A stretch of DNA of 64,000 nucleotides from a virus. This document shows positions 1 to 9,430 of the stretch, one piece after another. Numbering within the stretch: position 1 is the first letter of the stretch; each line of letters opens with the position of its first letter. The translations under genes were made by a program, and so were the position numbers. The stretch covers positions 1 to 64,000 of the IMG/VR virus record IMGVR_UViG_3300031834_000002. The stretch is one strand, 5' to 3'. Under the pieces are notes generated by a model. The model did not search any database. It saw only the letters and a program-made list of their open reading frames with translations, and was not told the origin of the DNA.

Positions 1-18
1 TATAAACTATGGTAAAAA

Positions 19-74
19 TTTTTTTCATACCTTCGGCAAGGGCGAAGCCAAAGCCGAAGGCAAGGAAAAAAAAA
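19..74. other. GC-rich stem-loop flanked by T and A tracts (bidirectional terminator or origin/terminus hairpin)
   Basis: CCTTCGGC (30-37) is complementary to GCCGAAGG (53-60); inner GGC-GAA-GCC (41-49); T7 at 19-25 and A9 at 66-74. Confidence 0.7.
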
Positions 75-229
75 CTAACTTTTGAAAATTCTTAACATCA
101 GTTAGAAAAAAGAAAAAGCCAGATACCAGAATAAAAATGCTCTATATGATACTATATGATAAGAAGTAAAGGACTAATATGATAAAAACAGTAATAAAAG
201 ATAATAAAATGTCAAGGGGATAAGAAAAA

Positions 230-604
230 ATGTATAAAATCTACTTACCGATAACAAAGGATAAAAAGTCAAGTATACATGGTTTATGGAGCGATAAAGG
301 CAGAACTTACTTTGACAAGATAAGAATTGTCAATACCTTTATTATGAATGAAGCAGTTAGGGATGAATTATGCCGTAAGTATAATCAGTTAGCTTTATTT
401 TATACGGACATTGACGGAGTGGGCTTTTGTTATGATAACAGGGCAAAAACATTGACAAAGTATACCGAGCGATTGACTGTTAGGCATAGTCAAAAAGCCA
501 GTTTAAAGGACGTTATCAAAAAGACATTGAAGGCATACGGCGGATTGACTATATACAAGGAAGTTAATGACTATATAATAGAAGTATACCACAATAAAAA
601 ATAA
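230..604 (+). CDS. hypothetical early protein
   Basis: 124 aa ORF with AAGGGG RBS. Confidence 0.7.
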   Translation: MYKIYLPITKDKKSSIHGLWSDKGRTYFDKIRIVNTFIMNEAVRDELCRKYNQLALFYTDIDGVGFCYDNRAKTLTKYTERLTVRHSQKASLKDVIKKTLKAYGGLTIYKEVNDYIIEVYHNKK

Positions 605-618
605 GAGGATATAAGACA

Positions 619-1014
619 ATGAAAAACTATATAACATTATACCATTATAGCAATAAAGACTTTCAAGGGTATGTTAAGCCTTCTTTTTTTGGCAATAGCT
701 CTTTTAGTGATAATTCTGCAAGAATAAGCAATGTTAAGCGGTGTTATTTTTACATAGACAAAGACAAGAAGGAATACTATTTTAACGGAGCGATATATTG
801 CTATACTGCAAGAATAGACAAAGAAAAATTGTATAATCTCAATACAGATAATCAAGGTATAGTTAAGCGATTGAAAAACAGTCAAGACATACATAGAGAA
901 GTCAAGAAAAGAGGCTATAAAGGTATTATAGGCTCAAATGGTTTTGATTGTGTTGTGTTGTTTAATAATGTTAAAATTACAGAGAAAAAAGACTTATACA
1001 AAGAAAGAAGGTGA
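619..1014 (+). CDS. possible ADP-ribosyltransferase-fold early protein
   Basis: LYHYS...FFG...CYFY...RGYKGII...VVLF resembles the YHG / GFYF / GYDGII / VVF pattern of phage polyvalent-protein ART domains. Confidence 0.4.
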   Translation: MKNYITLYHYSNKDFQGYVKPSFFGNSSFSDNSARISNVKRCYFYIDKDKKEYYFNGAIYCYTARIDKEKLYNLNTDNQGIVKRLKNSQDIHREVKKRGYKGIIGSNGFDCVVLFNNVKITEKKDLYKERR

Positions 1015-1323
1015 ATAACATGGAAACTATAAATATATCTATCACGAACAGAAAAGACGTTGCGTTACATTTGCATAGTGCGGAACTAATTGGAGCGGTA
1101 AGCATATATCTATATGGTAACAAATATGGCTATGTATTAGATAATACCAAATTTGAAGGGATAATCAAAGACTAAAAGCGGAGCGAAAAAAAATGTATAT
1201 TATATTATATCGTATAATGGAATTATTGACTGGACAATATACAAAGAGCATAAATATATTATCTTATAAAATAGGCGAATATATAAAATTATGGTGTTTG
1301 TTACATATAAGAGGCTAAAATAT

Positions 1324-1689
1324 ATGCGTTACCATAAAGAAGTCTATATACCGCAACAGGACACAACAAAACTAAAAGCTCTAACTAATACCTTGAATAA
1401 TAAGTCATGGAAGTATAGCAAACATTGCCTTGATAATTTGAAATATAGAGTTATTAGTCAAGAGGATATATTATATTTTATAAAGGCGTTAAAATTACAA
1501 GAGGATAATATTTTTGAGTATTATACCGAGAATAATAATATTATAAAAGTATGTTATAGAATATCATATATAAATAGTTTAGATATTATTCTTGTTGTAT
1601 CGGATAAAAAAGAATTAGTTACTATATATATCAACACTGCCGACGACAAACATGAAACGCTTGACAAAAATTTATATACACAAAAATAA
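1324..1689 (+). CDS. possible RelE/DUF4258-like RNase-fold protein
   Basis: YSKHC..R, DIILVV, LVTIYIN..DKHETL; start moved to ATG 1324 behind a GAGG RBS. Confidence 0.4.
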   Translation: MRYHKEVYIPQQDTTKLKALTNTLNNKSWKYSKHCLDNLKYRVISQEDILYFIKALKLQEDNIFEYYTENNNIIKVCYRISYINSLDIILVVSDKKELVTIYINTADDKHETLDKNLYTQK

Positions 1690-1690
1690 A

Positions 1691-1719
1691 TTTGCATTTT
1701 TTGAAATATATGCTATACT
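1691..1719 (+). promoter_or_regulatory. sigma70-type promoter with extended -10
   Basis: (T)TTGCA...TGC-TATACT (-10 at 1714-1719), intergenic. Confidence 0.65.
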
Positions 1720-1797
1720 ATATATAGGAAGTAGAAAAAAAAACGGTTGTATATTATCCGTTGAAATATACAAGAGTATAAAAGAAAAGAGGCTAAA

Positions 1798-2373
1798 ATG
1801 TTATACAGAGCGAAACAGGACAAAGACGAAGGTGTCAAAGGTTGTAAAATAGTAGGAACAAAAGATATTTATGGTTATAAATTAGTAGAAACATATTTTG
1901 TTGATAATAGCGGTTTAGGTGATAGAAACGAACCTGCTATGGTTTTTTCTGTTTTTTTGGATAATGTCAAGACAGGCTATTATTACGGAATAAAAGAGGT
2001 AGGACAATTTCAAGTATACATAGGGGAATACGAAAAAATAGAACGGCAAGAATTAAAAAAGCAAGAAGCCGAAACAGGTATAATCAGTAGTAAAAAAATA
2101 AAAAATAATACACGGCTAACCGTCTATGCTAATGGCGATAAAGTTTTGCGTTTACATAATACGGACATAATAAAATGGACAGGTAACAAGATTATTCTTA
2201 ATTCGGGCGGTTGGGATACTGTAACAACAAGAACAAGGTTTAACGAATTTTTACCCGATTATATAAAGGTATATAGAAAAAAAGGAGTAACTTATATTAA
2301 CTATAATAAAGATAACGATAATCAAACAAGTCAAGATATAGAATTTTTTGACGGTATAGAGTTATCAATATAA
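1798..2373 (+). CDS. two-domain phage early protein
   Basis: 191 aa; FVDNSG/GQFQVY domain plus LHNT..NSGGW.T.TT..R domain; GAGG RBS. Confidence 0.7.
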   Translation: MLYRAKQDKDEGVKGCKIVGTKDIYGYKLVETYFVDNSGLGDRNEPAMVFSVFLDNVKTGYYYGIKEVGQFQVYIGEYEKIERQELKKQEAETGIISSKKIKNNTRLTVYANGDKVLRLHNTDIIKWTGNKIILNSGGWDTVTTRTRFNEFLPDYIKVYRKKGVTYINYNKDNDNQTSQDIEFFDGIELSI

Positions 2374-2390
2374 AAAAAGGAGATAAAAAA

Positions 2391-2531
2391 ATGTATAAGA
2401 TAATTAGATTTAGAATAAACGGAGATAATGAAGTTATTAAAAGCGGGCTAACACTGGAACAGGCACAAGAACACTGTCAATGTGATGATACGCATGGTAA
2501 AGGTTGGTTTGACGGATATATAGAGGGATAA
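2391..2531 (+). CDS. small phage protein (46 aa, not in ORF track)
   Basis: AGGAG RBS; MYKIIRF...GLTLEQAQEHC...GWFDGY. Confidence 0.65.
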   Translation: MYKIIRFRINGDNEVIKSGLTLEQAQEHCQCDDTHGKGWFDGYIEG

Positions 2532-2816
2532 AAATTTAACCTAAAAAGGCGGTGATATTATGAATATTTTTAACTTAGCATATAAACAGTTAGAACGAGA
2601 AGGCAATAATAAATCTGATAATTCAAGCATACTTTTAATTGACAGGGCTATAAAAATACGTCAATGGCTTGACTTATCTGAACGTAATTCAAAGGTTGCA
2701 AGGCGACGCTATAAAAAATAATCTATTGCGAGGTATTACAGGCACGAAATCAAGGCGGTTGATGTAATACCATTGACTAAACTGAATACGAAACGAAAAA
2801 AAGGGGATAAGAAAAC

Positions 2817-3026
2817 ATGGATAAAAAAATTGATGTTGTTGAGATGATTATTGCTTACGAAAATGGGGAATTGGAAGCGGAAAAAACATTAGAATTATTT
2901 GCGGAATTGATAAGAACAGGACAAGCATGGCAATTACAAGGTAGTATATATGGCAGACCTGCAAAGATGTTGATTGATAATGGTTATATATCAAAAGAGG
3001 GTAAGATATTAAAGACCATAGAATAA
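2817..3026 (+). CDS. small conserved phage protein
   Basis: IAYENGEL...LI.TGQAWQLQG..GR motif; AGGGG RBS. Confidence 0.7.
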   Translation: MDKKIDVVEMIIAYENGELEAEKTLELFAELIRTGQAWQLQGSIYGRPAKMLIDNGYISKEGKILKTIE

Positions 3027-3040
3027 AGGACATATAATAC

Positions 3041-3388
3041 ATGAAAAAATATAAAAATAGTTATAATGGATTATCTAAAATACAATATAAATATGGAGAT
3101 TGTATATCTATATGTGATATTGTATATAAAAGATTAAAAATTAAAGGATATAATCCCCGAATTATTGAAGGATATGCCGAAGTTAATAATGTCAATGACA
3201 TATTGCCCGACGGATATTTTTTAAAAAGATATAATAAAAAAGAATACAAAAAACTAAAAGATATAAATTATAATGATTATCCTAAAATTTTACAACATAC
3301 ATGGATAGAATGTAATAATCATATAATTGACATAACACGCAGTCAATTTGATGTATATGGCGGTATTATTAACTATATAAAGGTATAA
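3041..3388 (+). CDS. transglutaminase/papain-like protein
   Basis: GDC...HTWIE....IDIT..QF gives a Cys-His-Asp triad pattern. Confidence 0.55.
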   Translation: MKKYKNSYNGLSKIQYKYGDCISICDIVYKRLKIKGYNPRIIEGYAEVNNVNDILPDGYFLKRYNKKEYKKLKDINYNDYPKILQHTWIECNNHIIDITRSQFDVYGGIINYIKV

Positions 3389-3389
3389 T

Positions 3390-3902
3390 ATGGAAAAAGC
3401 AGTAACTAAAAATAATACAATAAAAACATATCCTATAAAATTAAAAATACCTGACGATTATTTTGAACCGTCTTATTATAATCAGGACATACCTGATAAT
3501 GATACCGATATAATAAAAGATTATCCAACATTATCATTATCGTATGTTAAAAAATATATAAATGCAGAATGTTATGCTTACGCTTTGAAAAATAATAATT
3601 TATGCGATTTAGAGGATAGTTTTGGATATTTACAGCGTCTATATAGACCTATATCAATAGAAAATATTAAAATAGGCGATATAATAACATATTATAATAT
3701 TGAAAAAAATACAAAAGGATTGAACGAGCCGAACGATACTACAATAGAGCATTTTGCTATTGTAACAGATATTATTAAAACTAATAGATTATATATCAGA
3801 ATAAAAAGCAAATGGGGATTGAACGGAATTTTTGAAGGTAGTTATAATTTATTGCCCGAATTTTATGGTAATACTTTTTCTATATGGCGTAAGAAAAAAT
3901 AA
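3390..3902 (+). CDS. papain/NlpC-P60-like fold protein
   Basis: ECYAYAL...GDIITY...HFAIV...SKWG. Confidence 0.5.
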   Translation: MEKAVTKNNTIKTYPIKLKIPDDYFEPSYYNQDIPDNDTDIIKDYPTLSLSYVKKYINAECYAYALKNNNLCDLEDSFGYLQRLYRPISIENIKIGDIITYYNIEKNTKGLNEPNDTTIEHFAIVTDIIKTNRLYIRIKSKWGLNGIFEGSYNLLPEFYGNTFSIWRKKK

Positions 3903-3934
3903 ATTTGTTTTGGTATAGTAGTATATGGTATACT
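3900..3934 (+). promoter_or_regulatory. class A promoter with conserved spacer operator
   Basis: TAAATTTGTTTTGGTATAGTAGTATATGGTATACT; TTGTTT-18 bp-TATACT. Confidence 0.8.
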
Positions 3935-3960
3935 TGTTATATAAAGGAAAGGAAACTATA

Positions 3961-4140
3961 ATGAAAAAGAATAAAAATCCTTTTAAGGCAGGAAATAAAG
4001 TAATATATAAAGACGGAGATGTAAGAGTTTTTACTGTATATAGTGTTTATGGTGATACAAAAGTATCATTAGGGCTTGCCGATTATCCCGACGTAGAACA
4101 GGATTATCAAATACATATTAACAAGATAAAAAAAATCTAA
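3961..4140 (+). CDS. small SH3-like beta protein
   Basis: FKAGNKVIY...; ATG 3961 after an AAGGA RBS, directly downstream of the promoter. Confidence 0.55.
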   Translation: MKKNKNPFKAGNKVIYKDGDVRVFTVYSVYGDTKVSLGLADYPDVEQDYQIHINKIKKI

Positions 4141-4293
4141 AAGATAATATGAAAGAAAAAATATTGATAAAACATTGCGATATTTGTGGCAGAATTATTG
4201 AAGTAAAACATTATTTTGATTTATTATATTGTAAAGTATGTTTTGAAGCCTGTCAAGTAGAACGACTTGTTATACATAAGAGGAGAAAAAATC

Positions 4294-4746
4294 ATGGGTA
4301 GGTTAAAGGGTAGTAAAAACAAGCTAAAAGTAATTATATCAGAGGTTAATACTGGTGAACCTTTACCTATAAAACGTGGCAGGGGCAGACCACGAAAGAC
4401 ACAGACCACGTTAGATATAAAAGAAGTATCAGAACAAGCACAAAAAATGACTATATCTGTTGATATTAAAGAAATAAAAAGACAAATTAGAACATTAAGA
4501 AAAATTAAAAAAGATACTCGGATAAAAACAGACGAACGCAGAGAATTGAACGAAAAAATCAGAGAATTAAAAGAGCAATTACTTCCTATATATAAGGAAA
4601 CAAGCCCCGAAAAGGAAAAAATAATAGCACAGATATTAACAGTATCGTCAATATCCACAATATTAGATATTGACCTAAATAAATTTACAACAGAAGAATT
4701 ACAAAAACATTATGAATTTATAAAACAAGGTAAGAATAGAATATAA
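4294..4746 (+). CDS. AT-hook DNA-binding protein
   Basis: MGRLKGSKNK and KRGRGRPRK motifs; AGGAG RBS before ATG 4294. Confidence 0.65.
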   Translation: MGRLKGSKNKLKVIISEVNTGEPLPIKRGRGRPRKTQTTLDIKEVSEQAQKMTISVDIKEIKRQIRTLRKIKKDTRIKTDERRELNEKIRELKEQLLPIYKETSPEKEKIIAQILTVSSISTILDIDLNKFTTEELQKHYEFIKQGKNRI

Positions 4747-4748
4747 AA

Positions 4749-4783
4749 TAAATTTGTTTTGGTGTAGTAGTATATGGTATACT
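4749..4783 (+). promoter_or_regulatory. class A promoter
   Basis: TAAATTTGTTTTGGTGTAGTAGTATATGGTATACT, one mismatch to the copy at 3900. Confidence 0.8.
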
Positions 4784-5137
4784 TATAATAGAAAGAAGGT
4801 ATAAAAGTGAAAATAATTAACATTGACTTAATGGACGAAGCAAGTATTAAAAAAGCAGAACAAGAAAAATTTAGTTTAGAAAATAAAGGATATGAACTTA
4901 TTAGAGAAGAAGTAGGATTTATAAAAGCAATTTTATTTTTTGAACGCATTAGTATATAAAGGAAAAGAAAATGACTAAAATAGAAAAGCGGTTAAGATAT
5001 TTGAAAAAACAAATAAAAAATGAAAACATAAGTTATGGAGAAATAGCAGAATTACAAAATTTATCAAAATATATTGATAAAGGCGATATACTATTATTAC
5101 AATGGGCAGAAGTAAAAGAATTTGAGGAGAACTAAAA

Positions 5138-5392
5138 ATGTATAAAATAAAAGACCTTCAATTTGATGTTAGATATTTTGGCGGTGATGAAGGAATTATT
5201 TTTAAAACAAAAAAAGAAATTATGGAACACTTAGTCAGTTACCACGATAATGATTATTCAGGTGTAAAAAGCAATAAAGAACCTTATAAAGATATATACG
5301 AATTTTTAAAGACATTAAAAAATGACTATACAAGATTAGACTGGTTACTTGAATATGGACAATGGGAAATAGAATATATAAAGGAAGGATAA
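5138..5392 (+). CDS. hypothetical protein
   Basis: 84 aa ORF, GAGGAG RBS. Confidence 0.65.
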   Translation: MYKIKDLQFDVRYFGGDEGIIFKTKKEIMEHLVSYHDNDYSGVKSNKEPYKDIYEFLKTLKNDYTRLDWLLEYGQWEIEYIKEG

Positions 5393-5398
5393 AATACT

Positions 5399-5767
5399 AT
5401 GGAAAATGAAAAATATATTTGTGATAAATGTGGAACAGGAATTTTATTATATAACGAATTACCAAATAATTGTCCTATATGCAATGGAAAACTTATTGCA
5501 GAAAGTAAAATGAAAGAACAAGAAAAATTAGAAAATATGATAGGAGATAATGTAGATGAGGATTTAACTCCTAAACAAGACGCAGATGAGGCGATAGATG
5601 ATTATATAAGGGTAAGAATGATAGAAAACATTGTAAAATATGGAAATAACGAAGTTTGGTATAATATTGAAAATAATATAATTAACGCAGAACAACGATT
5701 AAAATACAGAGAATTTTTTATGTTAGCAGGTGGAATTTGTCCGAAGGGAGAAGAAATAAAAATATGA
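5399..5767 (+). CDS. zinc-ribbon protein
   Basis: CDKC...CPIC. Confidence 0.65.
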   Translation: MENEKYICDKCGTGILLYNELPNNCPICNGKLIAESKMKEQEKLENMIGDNVDEDLTPKQDADEAIDDYIRVRMIENIVKYGNNEVWYNIENNIINAEQRLKYREFFMLAGGICPKGEEIKI

Positions 5768-5901
5768 GTGAATATATGGACAACGTTAAGTGTTGCAATT
5801 GCGGATTTAATGGAATAGTAAAAACAGGACAAGAAAAATGTCCAAAGTGCAAAACAAAAGGGCATTTATCTTGGAAAGAAGGCGAACCGCAGGAGATATA
5901 A
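5764..5901 (+). CDS. small zinc-ribbon protein (45 aa, not in track)
   Basis: ATGA overlap with the upstream stop; CCNC...CPKC. Confidence 0.55.
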   Translation: MSEYMDNVKCCNCGFNGIVKTGQEKCPKCKTKGHLSWKEGEPQEI

Positions 5902-6814
5902 ATATGCACATTTTAATTGATAGAGAAGATAATTCTTATAACGTTGAATTGCAAATTAAGAATAATAAACTATATGCAGTATGGGATAAACAAAAATCTG
6001 AAATATACTTAGATAAATGTAAAATTAAAGATATATAAAAAAGGAGAAGGAAAAGATGAAAAATAAAAAATATTCTATAATAGTTAATGTAAATTTAGAA
6101 TACATTATTTATGCAAAGAATGAAATAGAAGCAGAAGAAATTGTATCTAATATAGAATTACCTAAAGAATATGTAGAAGATAGTTTTGAAATTGCTAAAA
6201 TAATAGAAAAATGAGGTTAAAATGTTAAGGGTTGCTATTATATCTAAACTTGGCAATGTATTTTCTCTTAATGGCACAAGAGAAGAAATAGATAATTTTC
6301 TTCTTGATATAGATAGTAAAGAAGGATTAAAATTATATAGAATAATAGATATAGACACAAAAGAACTTTTAGAAACTCAAGACGGAGTAAAAAATAAGGA
6401 GAATAAATAGAATGAGAAAATTTTTAGAACTTTTAGGATTATTAACAATATTCAGTATAGTAATATTAATGATTTTATATTTAGTAATTGCTTATACAAA
6501 TTTTCTTATAATAGATTTTAGAAATATTAGCGATATAATATATTTTTAAAATAGGAAAAAATGACCGAAACAATAAAAGCATTATTTAGTATAATAATTC
6601 CGTTTATGTTTATATGGTTATTATTATCATTATTATTTACTTTGTATTTAATTAAAAAAGAAGAAATACAAAATGGAAAACGAAAAAATATATAAATTAA
6701 TAGATAATTTCGAAGGCAGTATTTGGGGAACAAAGCCACTTTCAAAAGAAGAACTTGAAAACAGAGAAAAATCCCTAAAAAATAAACAAACAGAAAGAAA
6801 AGAGGAAAATAAAT

Positions 6815-7780
6815 ATGAACAATAAAATTTTAATTATTGTAATTGGTGGTTTAATATTATCTATTTTATTATTTATTTATGTGGGGTTGTCTTTTGGAGC
6901 TAATGTTACCGATACTGCTGGCGGAAATAAAGGATATATATTAGTAAATGACGGAACAGGACAAGGACATAGAGGCACTTGGACAGACCCTACTTTTTTA
7001 AAGGGCGACAAAGGCGATACAGGAGCGACAGGGCAACAGGGTATTCAAGGTATTAAGGGTAATACTGGAAGTCAAGGGATACAAGGTATCAAAGGAGATA
7101 CTGGCAATATAGGACAAAATGGACTTAATGGTATTGACGGTATAAATGGAATAGACGGAGTTAATGGATTAAATGGCATTGACGGAACAAAAGGAGATAT
7201 AGGATTAACTGGCGATAAAGGCGATAAGGGAGATACTGGTGCAAACGGAAAAGATGTTGACCCTGCAACAGTTAATAATTTACAAAATGCCGATACTACT
7301 TTACAGAGTAATATAAATACTGAAACAACAACAAGGAAAGACGGAGATACTAAATTAAGCGATACAATAAATGCTAAAGATATTACACAAACAAATTGGA
7401 ATAAACAACAAGATAATCAATTATCTAACCACGAAGATAGAATAAATAACCATGATAAAAGAATAGGAAAACTTGAAGAAACTCAAGTGAATGTGCGAGG
7501 AGAAGTAATTTTACAACAAGGACGCAGACATAAAATAGGAGTATATGGTAAATACAACACGAATAGAAATGTAATAGGAGAGGTAGGGCTATCCATTACC
7601 ATGTCATTAGACGATAGTTATGAAATGAAAGAGATAGATAAACTTAATTCTAAAATAGAAAAATTACAAAGTCTTTTAGAAAAACAAGATATAGAAACTG
7701 AAACAGTAAAAGAAGGTAATAAAACTATTATCAGAATAAAACAAAAAGATGGCGTTATAAAAGTAATGAATAAATTTTAA
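6815..7780 (+). CDS. exported collagen-like protein with coiled-coil stalk and beta-rich C-terminus (adhesin-like)
   Basis: hydrophobic signal/anchor, 28 uninterrupted G-X-Y triplets, NHEDRINNHDKRIGKLE stalk, amphipathic beta strands, terminal F. Confidence 0.75.
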   Translation: MNNKILIIVIGGLILSILLFIYVGLSFGANVTDTAGGNKGYILVNDGTGQGHRGTWTDPTFLKGDKGDTGATGQQGIQGIKGNTGSQGIQGIKGDTGNIGQNGLNGIDGINGIDGVNGLNGIDGTKGDIGLTGDKGDKGDTGANGKDVDPATVNNLQNADTTLQSNINTETTTRKDGDTKLSDTINAKDITQTNWNKQQDNQLSNHEDRINNHDKRIGKLEETQVNVRGEVILQQGRRHKIGVYGKYNTNRNVIGEVGLSITMSLDDSYEMKEIDKLNSKIEKLQSLLEKQDIETETVKEGNKTIIRIKQKDGVIKVMNKF

Positions 7781-7812
7781 ATTTGCTTTGGTGTAATGTT
7801 ATATGATATAAT
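7778..7812 (+). promoter_or_regulatory. class A promoter driving the GGDEF operon
   Basis: TAAATTTGCTTTGGTGTAATGTTATATGATATAAT; TTGCTT-18 bp-TATAAT. Confidence 0.8.
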
Positions 7813-7832
7813 AGAAGTAGAAAGAAAATAAT

Positions 7833-8315
7833 ATGATAACTCAAAAAGAACAAATAGAAGAACTAAAAAAACAACTTAAAATATATAAAAAATTAAGTAT
7901 ATATGACGAATTAACTGGTATATATAACAAAAGAAAATTAGAAGAAGATTTAATAAAATATTGTAAACTTAATGAAAGATATAATACCAATTTTACAATA
8001 TTAATGCTTGATATAGACCGATTTAAAGATATAAATGATACAAAAGGACATCTTATTGGGGATAAAATATTAAAACAAATGGCAAGAACTTTAAAAACAA
8101 CTATTCGTCTAACAGATAAATTATATCGTCTTTCTGGAGATGAATTTATACTTGTAGTTACTCGTTATAAAATAGAAGAATTTATTAAGCGTATAAAAAA
8201 TATATTAAAAAGAATAAATATAGAAGTAAGTATAGGACATTGTGATATATCTAAAAATTGTTTAGAAATTGTAGATAAATTAATGTATGAAGATAAAAGG
8301 AGTAAAACTAAATGA
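7833..8315 (+). CDS. diguanylate cyclase (stand-alone GGDEF domain)
   Basis: DELTGIYN, LDIDRFKDINDTKGHLIGD, RLTD I-site, RLSGDEF, VSIG, DKLMY..K. Confidence 0.9.
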   Translation: MITQKEQIEELKKQLKIYKKLSIYDELTGIYNKRKLEEDLIKYCKLNERYNTNFTILMLDIDRFKDINDTKGHLIGDKILKQMARTLKTTIRLTDKLYRLSGDEFILVVTRYKIEEFIKRIKNILKRINIEVSIGHCDISKNCLEIVDKLMYEDKRSKTK

Positions 8316-9430
8316 CATTTTTTGTTATATTTCTTATGTGTTTAGGATATTATCTTTATAAATATTCTAAAAAATTGAATTTTTTTGAAACACGACCTTC
8401 GCAAATTGTTATATCTTCTCTTACAGATAGAGATATTCCTATTGAAAATGCTCCACAAGACCATTTAAACGTAGTAATACAAGATAGTCAGATAGATATA
8501 AGTAGAATAAAAGAATATAAAGGACAAAGTATAAAAAAGTTTGAATTTAGACCTTATGATTTTAATACTTTTATAGGACAACAGGAGGCAAAAGAAAGAA
8601 CAAAAATTGCTATTAGAAAAATACAAAGAGGATTAAGAGGACATATATTTATAGACGGAAGGCAAGGAGTAGGCAAAACTACATTTGTAAATATTTTAGC
8701 AAAAATGTTAAATGCTCATCTTATTACAAGAGTAGGAAGGCAGATAGACCCTGATGAATTAACTAATATAATCAATGAAATTAATACTTGTCCTGAACAA
8801 AATGTAATTTTCTTTTTAGATGAAATGGACAGCACAGACCGCAAAGTTATTAAAATACTTAATCCTGTCATAGAAGAATTTACAATATCAGGTAAAAAGA
8901 TAAAACCATTTATTTTTTGTGGTGCAAGTATACAGAAATCAATTTTATTACATAATAATCCTGATACAATGGATAGAATACAAATCCATTTAAAGTTTGA
9001 ACGATATACAATCGAAGAATTAAAACAAATTATTAAACAATATATTAATCAATTATTTCCCGAAGAAATTATATCAGAAGAAAATATAGATATTATCGCT
9101 CGTAATTCAAAATTTACTCCTCGTATAGCAATTTCGCTGGCAGAGGAATTAGTTATTGTAGAAAATATATCAAAAGTATTACATAATTGGAAAATTGTTA
9201 AAAATGGACTAACTGAATTAGATATAAGAGTTTTACAAACTTTGTCAGAATTAAAAAGACCGATAGGAGCAAATGCTTTGGCTCAAAGATGTAAATTAAC
9301 GGAATTAGAATACAGTAGAGAGATAGAACCTTTTTTATGCGAAGAAGGATATATTTTAAGGATGCCTTCTCGTATTTTAGGAGAAAAAGGACTACAAATA
9401 TTGAAGGAACTTAAAGATGAAAAATTGTAA
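8312..9430 (+). CDS. RuvB-like AAA+ ATPase with N-terminal transmembrane helix
   Basis: RP..F..FIGQ, Walker A GRQGVGKTT, Walker B FLDE, TPRIA sensor 2, RuvB-like winged helix (GL...D..EP.L...G.I.R); hydrophobic N-terminus. Confidence 0.8.
   Translation: MTFFVIFLMCLGYYLYKYSKKLNFFETRPSQIVISSLTDRDIPIENAPQDHLNVVIQDSQIDISRIKEYKGQSIKKFEFRPYDFNTFIGQQEAKERTKIAIRKIQRGLRGHIFIDGRQGVGKTTFVNILAKMLNAHLITRVGRQIDPDELTNIINEINTCPEQNVIFFLDEMDSTDRKVIKILNPVIEEFTISGKKIKPFIFCGASIQKSILLHNNPDTMDRIQIHLKFERYTIEELKQIIKQYINQLFPEEIISEENIDIIARNSKFTPRIAISLAEELVIVENISKVLHNWKIVKNGLTELDIRVLQTLSELKRPIGANALAQRCKLTELEYSREIEPFLCEEGYILRMPSRILGEKGLQILKELKDEKL

Noticed and set aside
7000-7255. Repetitive GGN-rich DNA as a nucleotide repeat element
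   Set aside because: Fully explained by collagen G-X-Y coding with divergent synonymous positions.
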